DNA from: an uncultured Thermoplasmata archaeon
GTDB taxonomy: Archaea; Thermoplasmatota; Thermoplasmata; UBA10834
Assembly (NCBI GenBank): GCA_963719945.1
Contig: CAVRDX010000004.1
Coordinates: forward strand, 64,001-128,000
DNA: 64,000 nt
Reading direction: 5' to 3'
Position 1 is the stretch's first letter, and every line of letters starts with the position of its first letter. Shown here piece by piece: positions 52,701 to 62,726 of this stretch. The notes under the pieces were generated by a model. That model was not told the DNA's origin and made no database searches. It was given only the letters and a program-made list of their open reading frames with translations. A program made the position numbers and the translations under genes.

Positions 52701-55179
52701 GTATCACATTATGTGCCAATGGGGATGGCACCCCGGAGAACTGTATGTACTCGACTGAACGAGTGCCGGCCTCGATCGTCGACAGCACTTCCCGTGCGTG
52801 CTCCAGGTCCATCACCTCGGTCAGTATCTCGGAATATGTCTCTGACATGACGGGGAAGTCTGACAACTCGTGTAATGCGTCCAACAATCGCTGGGAGCGC
52901 AGCTGCTGTCGCGCTACAGACATCGCCCGTCCCTTGTAGTTGCGTAGGACCATGAAGCTCCTGGTCGCTGTGTGTCTGAACCTATGATGGAACAGTTCGG
53001 AGTCCTTGACTGCATCCTTCAGGACTCTCTCTATGTCCTGCGAACTCAGAAGCCGTTCTAGGCCATCCAGCTTGAAATCCCTGGGCGCGGTGAGCATGAA
53101 ACAATCATCAGTCACAGATACGGTCACGTTGCACCCGAGCTTCTTGGAAAGAACCCACGCATATGATCGGCTGAGCGCATCATTGACTCGACGACCGAAT
53201 GGGAAATGGAATATGGCGTTCCTATTTCCAGATGGATCGATGTATCCTTCTATGACGAGGCGCCCATCAGTGGGGAGCTTCGCCACCATCTTCTGTTCTC
53301 GGAAATAGCTGATGATCGTGGCCGCAGAACCCTCATCCACCATGAATTCGTCCATGATCCATTTAGATATCAGATCGACAGGGTCTCTGTCGAGCCTCTC
53401 TTCGAATTCCCCGCGGAACTTGCCGATGAGAACGGACAGGTCGAAGCTTCTCGGGAGCGTCTCCCCGGTCCATGAGGGGACCGTGGGCTTCCTGCCGCTT
53501 GCACTCTTGACAAAGGCCTTGGTGCCTTTCGCACGAACGAACTCGTAGCTTCGTCCTCCGAGGACGAATATGTCCCCCGCTGAGAGTCGTTCGACGAACT
53601 TCTCGGACAGGGAACCTATCGGGGCGCCGCGCTCTGAATATATCTTGTAGTCCGCCTCCTCGGGTATGGTGCCCTGGTTAAGGTAGAATATCATCCTGGA
53701 ACCGCGCTTCTTTCCGAAAGTATCTGTACCGACATCGAACCATATCTTGGAATAGACCCCTTCGAAATCGTCCTTGCCAGCGAGATATCTGACCACGCTG
53801 CGCATCTGGTCGATCGTAAGGGTTCTGTAGCAGTATGACTGCGTGATCAGTGAAAATGCCTCGTCAACAGTCCAAGGATGATCGAGCGATAGACCGACTA
53901 TCATCTGCGCGAGAACGTCGAGGGAATTTACTGGTATGGAGACCCTGTCGATCATCTTCTTATGAGCGGCTCTCGAGAGGACCGCGCATTCCACCAGGTC
54001 GTCGTTATCGAAGACGAGCATCCGGCCCTTTGACGTGCCACCGTACTGATGACCCGCTCTGCCTATCCTCTGCAGACCTTTCGCCACGGATTTTGGAGAA
54101 CCTATCTGGACAACCAGGTCGACGGACCCGATATCAATCCCCAGCTCGAGGGAGGTCGAGGAAACGACCGCCTTGAGTTCGCCTCTTCTCAGGCGCTCCT
54201 CGACCTCGAGTCTGGTCTCCCGGCTCAGGCTTCCATGGTGTGCGCCGACGTTCTCGAGACCTCGTTCCTTCAACTTGTACACGACGCTCTCCGTGCCACT
54301 GCGAGTGTTGGTGAAGACCAGAGTTGTCTTGTGAGAATCGATCATGTCCTTGAGGACGTCGTACATCTTGGAGTTGACGACTTCGAATGAAAGGGCAGTC
54401 ATGTCACTGGCAGGGCACATGACCTGCAAGTCCAAGGATCGCTGACGGTACACCTCGATGATCTTCATCGCTCGAGGTTTCCCGCCTTCGACGCCTGCAA
54501 GAAAATCCGCAACCTCTTGGATGGGGGCCACGGTTGCCGAGAGCCCTATCCTCACGAAATCCTTTGTACAGATGCTCCTGAGCCGCTCCAACGCCAGAGA
54601 AAGAGCGACGCCGCGCTTCGAGTCGCATATCTCATGGACTTCGTCCACAATCACATAGCTCACTTGCTCGAACTTCTTGCGGAATACTGGCGTGGACAAT
54701 ACCAAGGACAACGATTCAGGAGTCGTGATGAAGATATGCGGTGGCGACCGGAGCTGTTTTTGTCTCTCGTTGGGAAGGGTATCTCCTGTCCTGACACCTA
54801 CTCTGATCTGCGGTACAGGACGACCTTTGCTCCTGAACAGCTCTGAGATCTCATCGAGCGGGCGGATCAGATTCGCGTTTATATCGTTCGCGAGGGCTTT
54901 CAATGGAGAGACATAGACGGCATAGACTCGATTCTCGAGCTCTTCCTTCTCCGCCATGAGGGTGAGCTCGTTCAGGATCGCCATGAAGGCGGTCAGAGTC
55001 TTCCCAGAACCTGTGGGGGAAGAGACGAGGACGCTTTCCTTCGAATGGATGAGGGGGACTGCCATGGCCTGGGCCTCAGTCACTTCCGTGAATCGAGACT
55101 TGAACCATTCCGCGATGACCGGGTGCATCAGGGAGAGGACCCTTGCTGTGCTCGCACTACTCTTACCCTTCTTCATCAT
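49795..55179 (-). CDS. lhr: long Lhr-family helicase with about 900-aa C-terminal winged-helix/AlkZ-like extension
   Basis: SPTGSGKT, DEVH, GLSAT, HHGSLS, QRIGRAGH, PSWTGE; C-terminal YGPVT…LSLYDPF (HTH_42-like). Confidence 0.9.
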   Translation of the reverse strand: MMKKGKSSASTARVLSLMHPVIAEWFKSRFTEVTEAQAMAVPLIHSKESVLVSSPTGSGKTLTAFMAILNELTLMAEKEELENRVYAVYVSPLKALANDINANLIRPLDEISELFRSKGRPVPQIRVGVRTGDTLPNERQKQLRSPPHIFITTPESLSLVLSTPVFRKKFEQVSYVIVDEVHEICDSKRGVALSLALERLRSICTKDFVRIGLSATVAPIQEVADFLAGVEGGKPRAMKIIEVYRQRSLDLQVMCPASDMTALSFEVVNSKMYDVLKDMIDSHKTTLVFTNTRSGTESVVYKLKERGLENVGAHHGSLSRETRLEVEERLRRGELKAVVSSTSLELGIDIGSVDLVVQIGSPKSVAKGLQRIGRAGHQYGGTSKGRMLVFDNDDLVECAVLSRAAHKKMIDRVSIPVNSLDVLAQMIVGLSLDHPWTVDEAFSLITQSYCYRTLTIDQMRSVVRYLAGKDDFEGVYSKIWFDVGTDTFGKKRGSRMIFYLNQGTIPEEADYKIYSERGAPIGSLSEKFVERLSAGDIFVLGGRSYEFVRAKGTKAFVKSASGRKPTVPSWTGETLPRSFDLSVLIGKFRGEFEERLDRDPVDLISKWIMDEFMVDEGSAATIISYFREQKMVAKLPTDGRLVIEGYIDPSGNRNAIFHFPFGRRVNDALSRSYAWVLSKKLGCNVTVSVTDDCFMLTAPRDFKLDGLERLLSSQDIERVLKDAVKDSELFHHRFRHTATRSFMVLRNYKGRAMSVARQQLRSQRLLDALHELSDFPVMSETYSEILTEVMDLEHAREVLSTIEAGTRSVEYIQFSGVPSPLAHNVILIGVSDIVLMEDRSMLLRDLHRKVLARVLGDDALSEYTFDAEVVTEYFDAKFPSIRTKNDILDALRLVGPMNLFKEKGENIYTRSIGNYDDLHSWSTELLREGKVRSVWIGEDVYVHSNDWPLYSSLHHRPHTPSVVEEALMDEMSDEPLDISTLSERLDLNKDDAKDIVKRLEIANLVHRSGIHGGRFQYSSSTHDPIEIDDCARDAVMRHLAYHAPLSIEDIAYEVGTSEEATEKALRSLLAKELVVSGRFVIGEQQQFMLARDYLALLSKERPVFDRETVRSYVESKLLGDIHSAREFFERFGDIGMPYDIAVRVRGFSIEEFGGMRDRGEVVLGRFVRGRLRYILSEEVQYYLGVFRRGRLSKYENAILKAAERLGPGTYQEIAEAAGIPGEVMREHFESLDRKGYLVRNFDGSDVWTSRNVYAVCSVEPELNGAFELVLSKYVRGYGPVTAFQAASHLDVEVDTARALLRKIGTEPITVGLEQTEMFVMKDELPDIGKMRTADTRVRVLSLYDPFLGDRWVEITSKYGEGWIFPVIHNGQIAGMVEEWLMAGAIDIREIRLDDQRLLGPLLDELDSVMDFYRSINVDIIRIKRAFGSDINELDAGVLKEFNNHGYRASNGMLVKGSLVTDCYERSELLDVVFSLQHWSDRDRLDDMSVALANYGGLRSNSEALIRVDGFAPLEILLKKGLVVRGHLVPDRVGYCTKEDASVYRAARSRELTPEEKLVLRIVKDQQPIRRDRALTVSPLGTEDTTEALKSLYSSSMLYLDTTRGYVAAPKTRLSRRSAWVRIIRRIFRSYGICSAEALSMMIGSEIPMRELRGILRLLEGEGTLVKGHLLRGSTTIYWATKEAHALMGESVPRASVVVAPEDSMVGYLRAGFRDSLPETGRYAVYSGPNLIGSFVGHIVQNKLVVEDLQGEDDCAEAIEGFAKRLGVALSDRAEGSLSEWEIMEFYRKSHPGMG

Positions 55180-55333
55180 GGCACCCTGACCGTCGATTCT
55201 ACTTCGTTATCAGGTGTCTATATTAATACGTTTTCAGAGGGGTGTACGAATCATGTATGGAAGGTTCGGCAAACGTATTTATCGCGACTACGTGATTGAC
55301 GACCACTGGAGCACCCTCGTGACGCATCAACCA

Positions 55334-56950
55334 ATGTCTCTGTCTGTCAGGGTCCTGCTCGTTGCGGTCCTCGTACTCTCGATGCTTCCATCCTGGAGCA
55401 TGCTCCAATTTCAGATAGCAGATTCCGATCGTGCCACTATTCAGGCGATTGAATACAACGCCACCATAGTCGTTACCGTCACTGACGACGTGGGAAGAAC
55501 AATCGAAGGAGTACTCGTGCAGCTGGTTGGAACAACCCTCAGCAACCAGACAACAAACATCAGCGGCATGACGGCATTCACGGCATTGATGGCAGATACG
55601 AATGGTACTCGCTACAACGTTTCCGCCCAGAAGATTGGATACACCCCTTCGGGCGTCTTGGAGGTCGTCGCGACACCTGGAAATGTGTCTTCGATAACAC
55701 TGACGATATATGGCGGAAGCATACTAGGCACGGTCAGCTATTCGATGGGGCCCATTGCTGGCGCGATGGTCTCGATCTCGTCACTGGGATACTCGAACAT
55801 TACCGACAGCCTTGGCCACTATCGATTGGATGGCGTGCCCGGCAATACATTTCCTTACGCATTGACTGCCAGCGCCCACGGATATGTGAACAAGACGAAT
55901 GATGTGTATCTCAGCACCGGAGGTGTGACACAATCAGATTTCACCCTGACCTCGCTCACTGGATCGATATCTGGGACTGTCCGTGACTCGGAAACTTCCG
56001 AACCGCTCGCTGGTGCAACTGTCTCGGTGATAGTCGGAACTGTGACCGTCACTGCAACGACGAATGTCAATGGGACCTTCATGATCCCGGGCCTCGCTGC
56101 TGGGTCGTACTCGCTGAACGCTTCATTGGAGGGGTTCAATTCGGTCACAATCTCCGATATAATAGTCGAAAGCGGTGTCCATACGACTGGCATCGACTTC
56201 CAGCTCACAGAGAAGTCGACGCGCATTTATGGAGTGGTGAAGGCTGGCACTTTTCTGATACCTGGAGTGCTTATCACTATCGTGGGCACCGAGTTCATGA
56301 CCAACTCGTCTATCGATGGTGAGTATGAGATTCTGAATGTGACTGCTGGCACATACACCGTCGTTGCATCACGGGAAGGATATATCACGACCACGGTGGT
56401 CAATGTTGTAATCCCTAGAGGGGGAGAGAAACTGCTCAATATCGCCCTGGAAGGATTGCCGGGGTCGTTGTCTGGAAAGGTGATTTCCAGCGAGACAGGC
56501 CAGCCGATATCTGGTATCAAAGTCACGATTGCCAATCTCATAATGCAGCGGGAGACCGTGACCAACATCTACGGGGAGTTCGAATTCACAGGGATGGACG
56601 CGGGCAATTACACGGTAACGTTCGTTCTCGAAGGGTACAAGTCGAAGGAACTTGGACCGATCAGAATAACTCAGGAAGAGACTACGAAGCTCGACCAGGT
56701 TCTGATGGAGCCAGCAAGTGAGAGTTTCGGAGGGTTCATATTCGGTTTCGACCTCGCGCACTCGATGATGATACTAGCGCTATTCCTTACGATAATAATA
56801 CTCGCTCTCGCAGTCATCCTCAGAATAAGGACTTTCGAAACGCCCAACAATGCCCCTGCAGTATATGACGAGCAGGAGGAAGAGGCTGAGAAGGAGAAGT
56901 CCGGCGAGGCGATTGACGACGAAGTCGATAAAACAGAGATAGAAGGCTGA
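55334..56950 (+). CDS. membrane-anchored surface protein with carboxypeptidase-regulatory-like repeats
   Basis: Five repeats of G.I.G.V…GA.V…G.Y…GY; signal peptide; C-terminal TM helix and acidic tail. Confidence 0.85.
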   Translation: MSLSVRVLLVAVLVLSMLPSWSMLQFQIADSDRATIQAIEYNATIVVTVTDDVGRTIEGVLVQLVGTTLSNQTTNISGMTAFTALMADTNGTRYNVSAQKIGYTPSGVLEVVATPGNVSSITLTIYGGSILGTVSYSMGPIAGAMVSISSLGYSNITDSLGHYRLDGVPGNTFPYALTASAHGYVNKTNDVYLSTGGVTQSDFTLTSLTGSISGTVRDSETSEPLAGATVSVIVGTVTVTATTNVNGTFMIPGLAAGSYSLNASLEGFNSVTISDIIVESGVHTTGIDFQLTEKSTRIYGVVKAGTFLIPGVLITIVGTEFMTNSSIDGEYEILNVTAGTYTVVASREGYITTTVVNVVIPRGGEKLLNIALEGLPGSLSGKVISSETGQPISGIKVTIANLIMQRETVTNIYGEFEFTGMDAGNYTVTFVLEGYKSKELGPIRITQEETTKLDQVLMEPASESFGGFIFGFDLAHSMMILALFLTIIILALAVILRIRTFETPNNAPAVYDEQEEEAEKEKSGEAIDDEVDKTEIEG

Positions 56951-56986
56951 CGGGCGAGAACCGTCCGGTCAGCCGTTTGAAATCGT

Positions 56987-57589
56987 TTACTTGAGGCCGA
57001 GCTTCTCTCGGGCCTTCTGTTCGTTCGCTTTGATCTTGACGCCCACATCCGTGTATAGACTGCTACCGTGTGCATCGATCGCGACTGTCAGAGGTCCGAA
57101 GTTGTCTGCATCCATTATCCATATGGCCTCGGGCATCCCGAGCTCGTACCACTCGACCCCTTGAACGTTCTTGATGCCTTTGGCTGCGAGCACGGCTGCG
57201 CCACCAGTAATGGCCAGGTAGACACATCCATATTTCTTCATGGCATCAACAGTCGGCTGAGACATCCCACCTTTTCCGATGATGGCGCCAGGCCTAAACT
57301 TCTCGATGAACTGTGGTTCGAGAGAGTTCATCCTCGATGATGTCGTCGGTCCTGCGGCGACTACAAACCACTTGTCGTCGACCTTCTTCATGATCGGGCC
57401 GCAGTGGAACAACGCCGCCCCCTTGAAATCGACCGGGATCTCCTTGCCGTGCTCGAGGTGCTCCAGAGCGTGTATGTGGACCTCGTCCCTGCCAGTATAG
57501 ATGACCCCATCCAGGTATATTGTCTCTCCAGCTTTGAGCCCGCGAACGTCCTCTTCCGACAGTGGTGTCTTCAATCTCTTAGGCATCAT
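56987..57589 (-). CDS. class I fumarate hydratase/tartrate dehydratase beta subunit
   Basis: TGRDEVH, HCGP, GPTTSSRM, IGKGG, LGMPEA. Confidence 0.9.
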   Translation of the reverse strand: MMPKRLKTPLSEEDVRGLKAGETIYLDGVIYTGRDEVHIHALEHLEHGKEIPVDFKGAALFHCGPIMKKVDDKWFVVAAGPTTSSRMNSLEPQFIEKFRPGAIIGKGGMSQPTVDAMKKYGCVYLAITGGAAVLAAKGIKNVQGVEWYELGMPEAIWIMDADNFGPLTVAIDAHGSSLYTDVGVKIKANEQKAREKLGLK

Positions 57590-57591
57590 TC

Positions 57592-58464
57592 TCACCCCTC
57601 ATGGATCGGGAAGGTGGTCTTCCCGTCCGGATATATCCTGACGTTGCCCCTTCTTCCAGCCCAACATTGCACATTGATCGCGACAGGCAAGCTTGCAGTG
57701 TGACAGTATGCGTACTCGATGTTCAGACCGAGCATCGTGGTCTTACCGCCCAGGCCCATCGGACCTATGCCAAGCATGTTGATCGCCTCGAAGAGATCCG
57801 TCTCGAGCTTCGCGATCTCAGGATCCTCGTGCCTCTTGTCCAACGGTCGCAGGAGGGCCTCTTTGGCCAGCTTCATGCAGATGTCCGATGAACCTCCGAT
57901 GCCCATCCCTATGATGGTCGGAGGGCACGGGTTGCTGCCAGCCCTCAGGAGAGTGCTGAGCGCGAACTCCTTGATACCCTTCAATCCCGCACTGGGTGTA
58001 AGCATCGCGAGGGCGCTCATGTTCTCAGATCCTGCACCTTTGGTCATCACTGTGATCTCGATGTAGTCCTTGTCCCCGACTTTCCAGTTGATGTACGGCA
58101 TTCGGTTTCCGACATTATCGCCTGGGTTCTTCCTCGTTATCGGATGGACTGCATTCGGTCTGAGAGGGACCTCTTTTGTGGCCCGTCTCACACCTTCGAT
58201 GATGCCTTTCTCGACGTCTACCTTACACCCCTTTGGAAGGGTCACGTAGAATATCGTTACGCCAGTATCCTGGCACATCGGTGTGTTCCCCTTCTTAGCA
58301 AGCTCTATGTTGTCCAGGATTGCCTTCAGCTGCATCCGAGGGACCTCGTCGGTCTCCGTCTCATAGGCCCTATTCAAGGCCTTTTCGACATCGGACGGAA
58401 GTCTGACGACGGTCTTCCTAAGCAGCTCGACAACCGCATTCTGGATATCGGCTTCAGTGACCAT
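57592..58464 (-). CDS. class I fumarate hydratase/tartrate dehydratase alpha subunit
   Basis: PMCQDTG, PLRPN, KGAGSEN, NPCPP, GIGPMGLGG, HTASLPV…QCWA. Confidence 0.9.
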   Translation of the reverse strand: MVTEADIQNAVVELLRKTVVRLPSDVEKALNRAYETETDEVPRMQLKAILDNIELAKKGNTPMCQDTGVTIFYVTLPKGCKVDVEKGIIEGVRRATKEVPLRPNAVHPITRKNPGDNVGNRMPYINWKVGDKDYIEITVMTKGAGSENMSALAMLTPSAGLKGIKEFALSTLLRAGSNPCPPTIIGMGIGGSSDICMKLAKEALLRPLDKRHEDPEIAKLETDLFEAINMLGIGPMGLGGKTTMLGLNIEYAYCHTASLPVAINVQCWAGRRGNVRIYPDGKTTFPIHEG

Positions 58465-58539
58465 GATGACTGCCTCTGTTCACGGGTAGGCAACGATAGA
58501 ATTAATGCCTTTTCATGGAACTCAGCGCGATTGAGACGA

Positions 58540-59577
58540 CTACCAGCTGTCGCTGAGCACGTACACGCCGAGCCTCGTCTTTACAAGGCGTACCTGTTCA
58601 CCTTTGCGGACAAATCCTGATGGCTTCCTGAGGTCCAAAGGAAGCATGGTCTCTGGATCGAGCACCTGGACCTCCTTATCGGTCTCCATAAGCACGACCG
58701 CGCTCCTGATCTGAGAGGCACGAAGGGAGAGCCTGAAGTCTGACGCTTCTTTCATCTTCAGAGGTTTGGAGTCCCCTTGCTTGAGGTCGATGCCATAGAC
58801 CGATCCCTTGGACATGCTGCGAACGAAGTAGTCCTTTGAGTCGTACTCGATGATGTCCCCTTTGTCGAATCCTGGCATCCTTACGAGGTAGGTCATCCTG
58901 GAGACCTCTTCCCCCTCGCGCATCCCCCACATGCTGGAGGATTCCTTATACTCCGCGCATCGGGTGTCCTGCAGCTCCCTGGCCACGTTCCTGGCAGGCT
59001 GCGCCTTGCTGAAGTAGAAGTCAAGACCGCCCTTCACCCGCTCTATCTTACTTATGAATAGGTCCCGGCTATCCCCCTTCATCGATTCCATCCTCAAGGT
59101 GACGAAAGTATTGAGCTCCTGCTCCATCTCATCGTCCATGGACTTGCCAGCGCCCCTCACCTGGAGAATGGCCTCGAAATAGTTACCCATCTTCTTTGAA
59201 CATTCTTTGCATGAACCACGCTTGAGCCTCACGACGGTCGAGACGGACCTCTCGAAGTTAGCGCCGCGCGATGCAAGTGTAAGGTCCACCTTCGCAAGGA
59301 AATTCCTCGGATCATTCTCCTGCAGAGTAATTCGTGTGTCTACGATCGTCACATCTCGAGGTGCGGATATCGAGCTCGTGACCGCCGATCCCATCGCCTC
59401 CGTCATGGAATCGATGGCCCTCCAGCGCCCTTCGATCTCGATGTGGGAGCAATGGGCGCAGATGGGCAGATCGACATGATCAGGTATCGTCACCCACACA
59501 TGTTTCTTGGCGTAGCAATCCTTGCAGAGAGAGTCGACGATCTCACAGTCCTCCGCTCCGCACTCGACACAGAACAA
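58540..59577 (-). CDS. nmd3: NMD3 family ribosome biogenesis protein
   Basis: FCVECG…LCKDC…CAHC…CKECSK…YFEAILQVR, GGLDFY. Confidence 0.9.
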   Translation of the reverse strand: MFCVECGAEDCEIVDSLCKDCYAKKHVWVTIPDHVDLPICAHCSHIEIEGRWRAIDSMTEAMGSAVTSSISAPRDVTIVDTRITLQENDPRNFLAKVDLTLASRGANFERSVSTVVRLKRGSCKECSKKMGNYFEAILQVRGAGKSMDDEMEQELNTFVTLRMESMKGDSRDLFISKIERVKGGLDFYFSKAQPARNVARELQDTRCAEYKESSSMWGMREGEEVSRMTYLVRMPGFDKGDIIEYDSKDYFVRSMSKGSVYGIDLKQGDSKPLKMKEASDFRLSLRASQIRSAVVLMETDKEVQVLDPETMLPLDLRKPSGFVRKGEQVRLVKTRLGVYVLSDSW

Positions 59578-59874
59578 TCAGATCATCCTCGCCATCTGAG
59601 CATGGGGGACGCACCCTATCATGATTATGTTGTCCTTGTCTACGAACCCGTTGTCCACCGCTATGCCCACAGTCCGCTCACCTACGAGGTTCGCTATGGT
59701 AGCTAGGCGGAGCCAGTTCAGCAGGACTTCGTCCTCCACCACGTCCTCCTTGTAGAACGATTCCGCGACTTCGATCCTGAGCTTGCCTGAACTGAACGTC
59801 TTGCCCACGATATCGGCATCGCATGCGGCCAACAGACGTTCGGTGCCCTTCGTGTGTATCTTGATGCATATCAT
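59578..59874 (-). CDS. DUF424 family protein
   Basis: LLAACD…G…FY…ATIANLVG…GCVPHAQ. Confidence 0.88.
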   Translation of the reverse strand: MICIKIHTKGTERLLAACDADIVGKTFSSGKLRIEVAESFYKEDVVEDEVLLNWLRLATIANLVGERTVGIAVDNGFVDKDNIIMIGCVPHAQMARMI

Positions 59875-61994
59875 CCGATCCGCTCCTCGGTCGCAAGCTT
59901 GAAGTATCCTGGCTGTGGGGAATATATCTCCCCAGCATCGCTCAGCCGTTTGAGAAGCGCACGCACCTGCTCCTCGCTTATGTTGTCGGAACTCGCCTTC
60001 TGGATGAGCTCGTCCATGCTGACGCCTCTGCGTTCATCGGACAGCTGTTGCACGAGGTTCTTCAGGACGTAGATCTTCTCCCTCTGGCTCCTGCTGGTCC
60101 CTGTCGCGAGGATGTCTATGTCCATCCGCCCGCCCTCACTGGCGACCTTATTCAGATAATACTGGACGATCCCGATGGCCCTGCTCGCGTCTTCCGCGCT
60201 GACGACAGGCATCAGGCTAGCCCTCGCGCTCGCCTCGGACATACGGATGAGGGCCTCGAGCTGCCTGGCAGTGATGGGGACGGACGCTCCCTCGCCTTCT
60301 CCGAGCTTCCTTATCGACACATAGTAGTTCTCTATCGTCCGCATCGCCTCGTCACTCATGATAGGCGTGATGCGCTTGCTGAATGCCACATACTTCCTGA
60401 GGAAATCGCGTTCCATCGTCGGAACCAGCACATCGCTCTCACTAATTATCTGGTCCCTGTCGATCCCGGGTATAATCTCGGAAGAATCATGGAGCATCAC
60501 CTCTCCTCGCCTGTGGACAGTGAGTATGTGTTTCGCGATCCTCATATCCATATCCGAATTCGGGCGGTCGGTCATTGTGAATATCGCATCGAACCTGGAA
60601 AGCAATGCTGGAGGGAGGTCGATCTGTTCCGCAATGCTCCTGTTCTCATCGAACCTGCCGTACTTCGGGTTCGCAGCCCCCAGGACTGCGCATCGCGACT
60701 GGAGGGTTGCCGTTATCCCGGCCTTGGCAACGGAGATAGTGCCCTGCTCAAGACTCTCGTGGATGCTGGAGCGGTCCTGATCGCTCATCTTGTCCAACTC
60801 ATCAATGCAGGCGAGACCTTTGTCCGCGATCACCAGGGCGCCGGCTTCCAGAGTCCATCTGCCCTCCCCGAACTCGTCTTTGACCGCCGCCGCGGTAAGA
60901 CCCGCTGCGGACGACGCCTTGCCAGAAGTGTATATGCCCCTAGGGGCGAGCATTGCCATGTATCGCAATATCTGGGATTTCGCAGTGCCAGGGTCGCCGA
61001 TCATGACGATGTGTATGTCGCCTCTGATACGGGTACCGTCATCGAGCGTCTTGGAGACTCCGCCGAAAAGCTGCAGCGCGAGTGCCTCTTTCTCCTGCTT
61101 GTAACCGTATATCGTGGGGGAAATCGAGGACACCACTTTATCCAGCACATCCGGAGATGCTGCGAACTCCCGAATCATCTCCTCGTCCTCCGGGGTTATC
61201 ACGATCTCCTCGTACTCGTGCTCCTCGTATTCCACCGAGTTGACGTCTATGCTGATGTCAAAGAGGGTGGACTTGATCTGGGCGCCCTTCTGCTGGCTCT
61301 TCAGGATGCCGTTGATTATGATCCTATCACCAGGAGACAGCTTACCTGCGATGTCGTCTTCGATGTAGCCAACAAGACGCTCTGGTTGGGCGCCTCCTCT
61401 CAAACCCTCAGGAGGTTCCTGTATCTCGATCTTCTGAGTATCAACGAAGGTCGAAGGATCTGTGACCAATCGGAACTTGGTGGACCCTGACCCCCTCCCA
61501 CAACCGCCATCATCCTTTGGACATTCGAGGGGTTCCTGGAACTGCATCCCATCCTGATCTACAGATATCTGGAAGCCGCAACGAGCACATTCGAATTCGG
61601 CAATCGTAACGCGCGGCCGGACCTCGGTGGCCTTCCTTACCAGCCCTTCGACGGAGACAAATGTGCCGAGATGCTTCGCCCGCAGCTTCCTTACCTCCAC
61701 CCTGGAATCGCGCGGAAGACCCTTGATCCTGAAGTGCAAGAACGGGTTTGTCAGAGCGTGTGACACCATCCTCTTTATCGCGTCCTCGGCTGCGCCAAGG
61801 GACCGCGCAGGATTGATGAGTGTGTAATTGGCAAGGTCGGGGTCGAACTTCTCAATGGAGGAAAAGTCAACGTACATGCTTCGCACGTCTGGATACAGGT
61901 CGGCGATCGTGGAGACCTGGTGCCTCCGCTCCTGATCTCCGAGAAACTCTTCCCATATTGCTACAAGATCCTCAGGTGTGTAATCCTTAGGCAT
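59871..61994 (-). CDS. mcm: replicative helicase MCM (no intein)
   Basis: Zn motif, GDPGTAKS, AGLTAA, IDELDKM, AANP, SRFD, TARQLE, C-terminal winged helix. Confidence 0.97.
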   Translation of the reverse strand: MPKDYTPEDLVAIWEEFLGDQERRHQVSTIADLYPDVRSMYVDFSSIEKFDPDLANYTLINPARSLGAAEDAIKRMVSHALTNPFLHFRIKGLPRDSRVEVRKLRAKHLGTFVSVEGLVRKATEVRPRVTIAEFECARCGFQISVDQDGMQFQEPLECPKDDGGCGRGSGSTKFRLVTDPSTFVDTQKIEIQEPPEGLRGGAQPERLVGYIEDDIAGKLSPGDRIIINGILKSQQKGAQIKSTLFDISIDVNSVEYEEHEYEEIVITPEDEEMIREFAASPDVLDKVVSSISPTIYGYKQEKEALALQLFGGVSKTLDDGTRIRGDIHIVMIGDPGTAKSQILRYMAMLAPRGIYTSGKASSAAGLTAAAVKDEFGEGRWTLEAGALVIADKGLACIDELDKMSDQDRSSIHESLEQGTISVAKAGITATLQSRCAVLGAANPKYGRFDENRSIAEQIDLPPALLSRFDAIFTMTDRPNSDMDMRIAKHILTVHRRGEVMLHDSSEIIPGIDRDQIISESDVLVPTMERDFLRKYVAFSKRITPIMSDEAMRTIENYYVSIRKLGEGEGASVPITARQLEALIRMSEASARASLMPVVSAEDASRAIGIVQYYLNKVASEGGRMDIDILATGTSRSQREKIYVLKNLVQQLSDERRGVSMDELIQKASSDNISEEQVRALLKRLSDAGEIYSPQPGYFKLATEERIG

Positions 61995-62117
61995 CGGTTC
62001 TCCCCCCGTTTCTGTCGATGAAGCATGATTCCGATTAGACCCTTTGGAAGAAGGGGTACGGAATGGCTGTTTGATACAAATGGTTTTGCTACTCTATAAC
62101 CGCCTTTACAAGTAGTC

Positions 62118-62639
62118 TCATGGCGCGCGTCCCACAATATCGTTCTGGATCGCGCAGACTTCCGCACTGGTCTCCACGGATGCGTACGCGTCAAGTATCT
62201 CTCTGTTCACCTTGATGAACACCGGCCCCCATTTGAACCTGGACATCAACCTCTCTGCATGCTCCGGGTAGCCGAGTATATAAACGGCGGCTGCGAGCGC
62301 CTCTGCAGTCGTCAGCTTCTGTGCCTTGCCGAAGTTAGTGGGGTTCGCGGCGAGGACGAACGGCAGGGCTCGGTGTCTGAGCCCCGGGCGGACGAATGGA
62401 AACTTCGAGAGCTGATTCCAGGAGCAATCGACAGCAAGAAGGCCCAGCTTCATCGCGATCTCCCGGTCCTCTCGCGATATGGACTTCTCTGCTTCCGGGT
62501 CGAGGACTATCGATCCGCCTGGTATTCGTGACCTGTCCTTGACAGGCCGAGCCTCTTCGAACTTTGTCAGCCTGGCGGCAGTGCACTTGCGCGGATCATC
62601 CTCGTGTTCCATCAAGATGTATAGCCGTATCTGCTGCAT
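62118..62639 (-). CDS. tsr3: 16S rRNA aminocarboxypropyltransferase Tsr3
   Basis: DDPRKCT, DCSW, RALP..LAANPTNFG, LTTAEA, FKWG. Confidence 0.92.
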   Translation of the reverse strand: MQQIRLYILMEHEDDPRKCTAARLTKFEEARPVKDRSRIPGGSIVLDPEAEKSISREDREIAMKLGLLAVDCSWNQLSKFPFVRPGLRHRALPFVLAANPTNFGKAQKLTTAEALAAAVYILGYPEHAERLMSRFKWGPVFIKVNREILDAYASVETSAEVCAIQNDIVGRAP

Positions 62640-62726
62640 CTAGTTGAGGCAGTGGCTGCCATAGTATTTAGGATACGTTGAGCGAGCTGGACAAGGGTTC
62701 TTAAAGGTGGGATGAATATATGCTGA

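Noticed and set aside
60048-61490. Long antisense ORFs (here and opposite gyrA, lhr, hdrA and the DnaA-like gene)
   Set aside because: Shadow frames caused by codon bias of the real genes.
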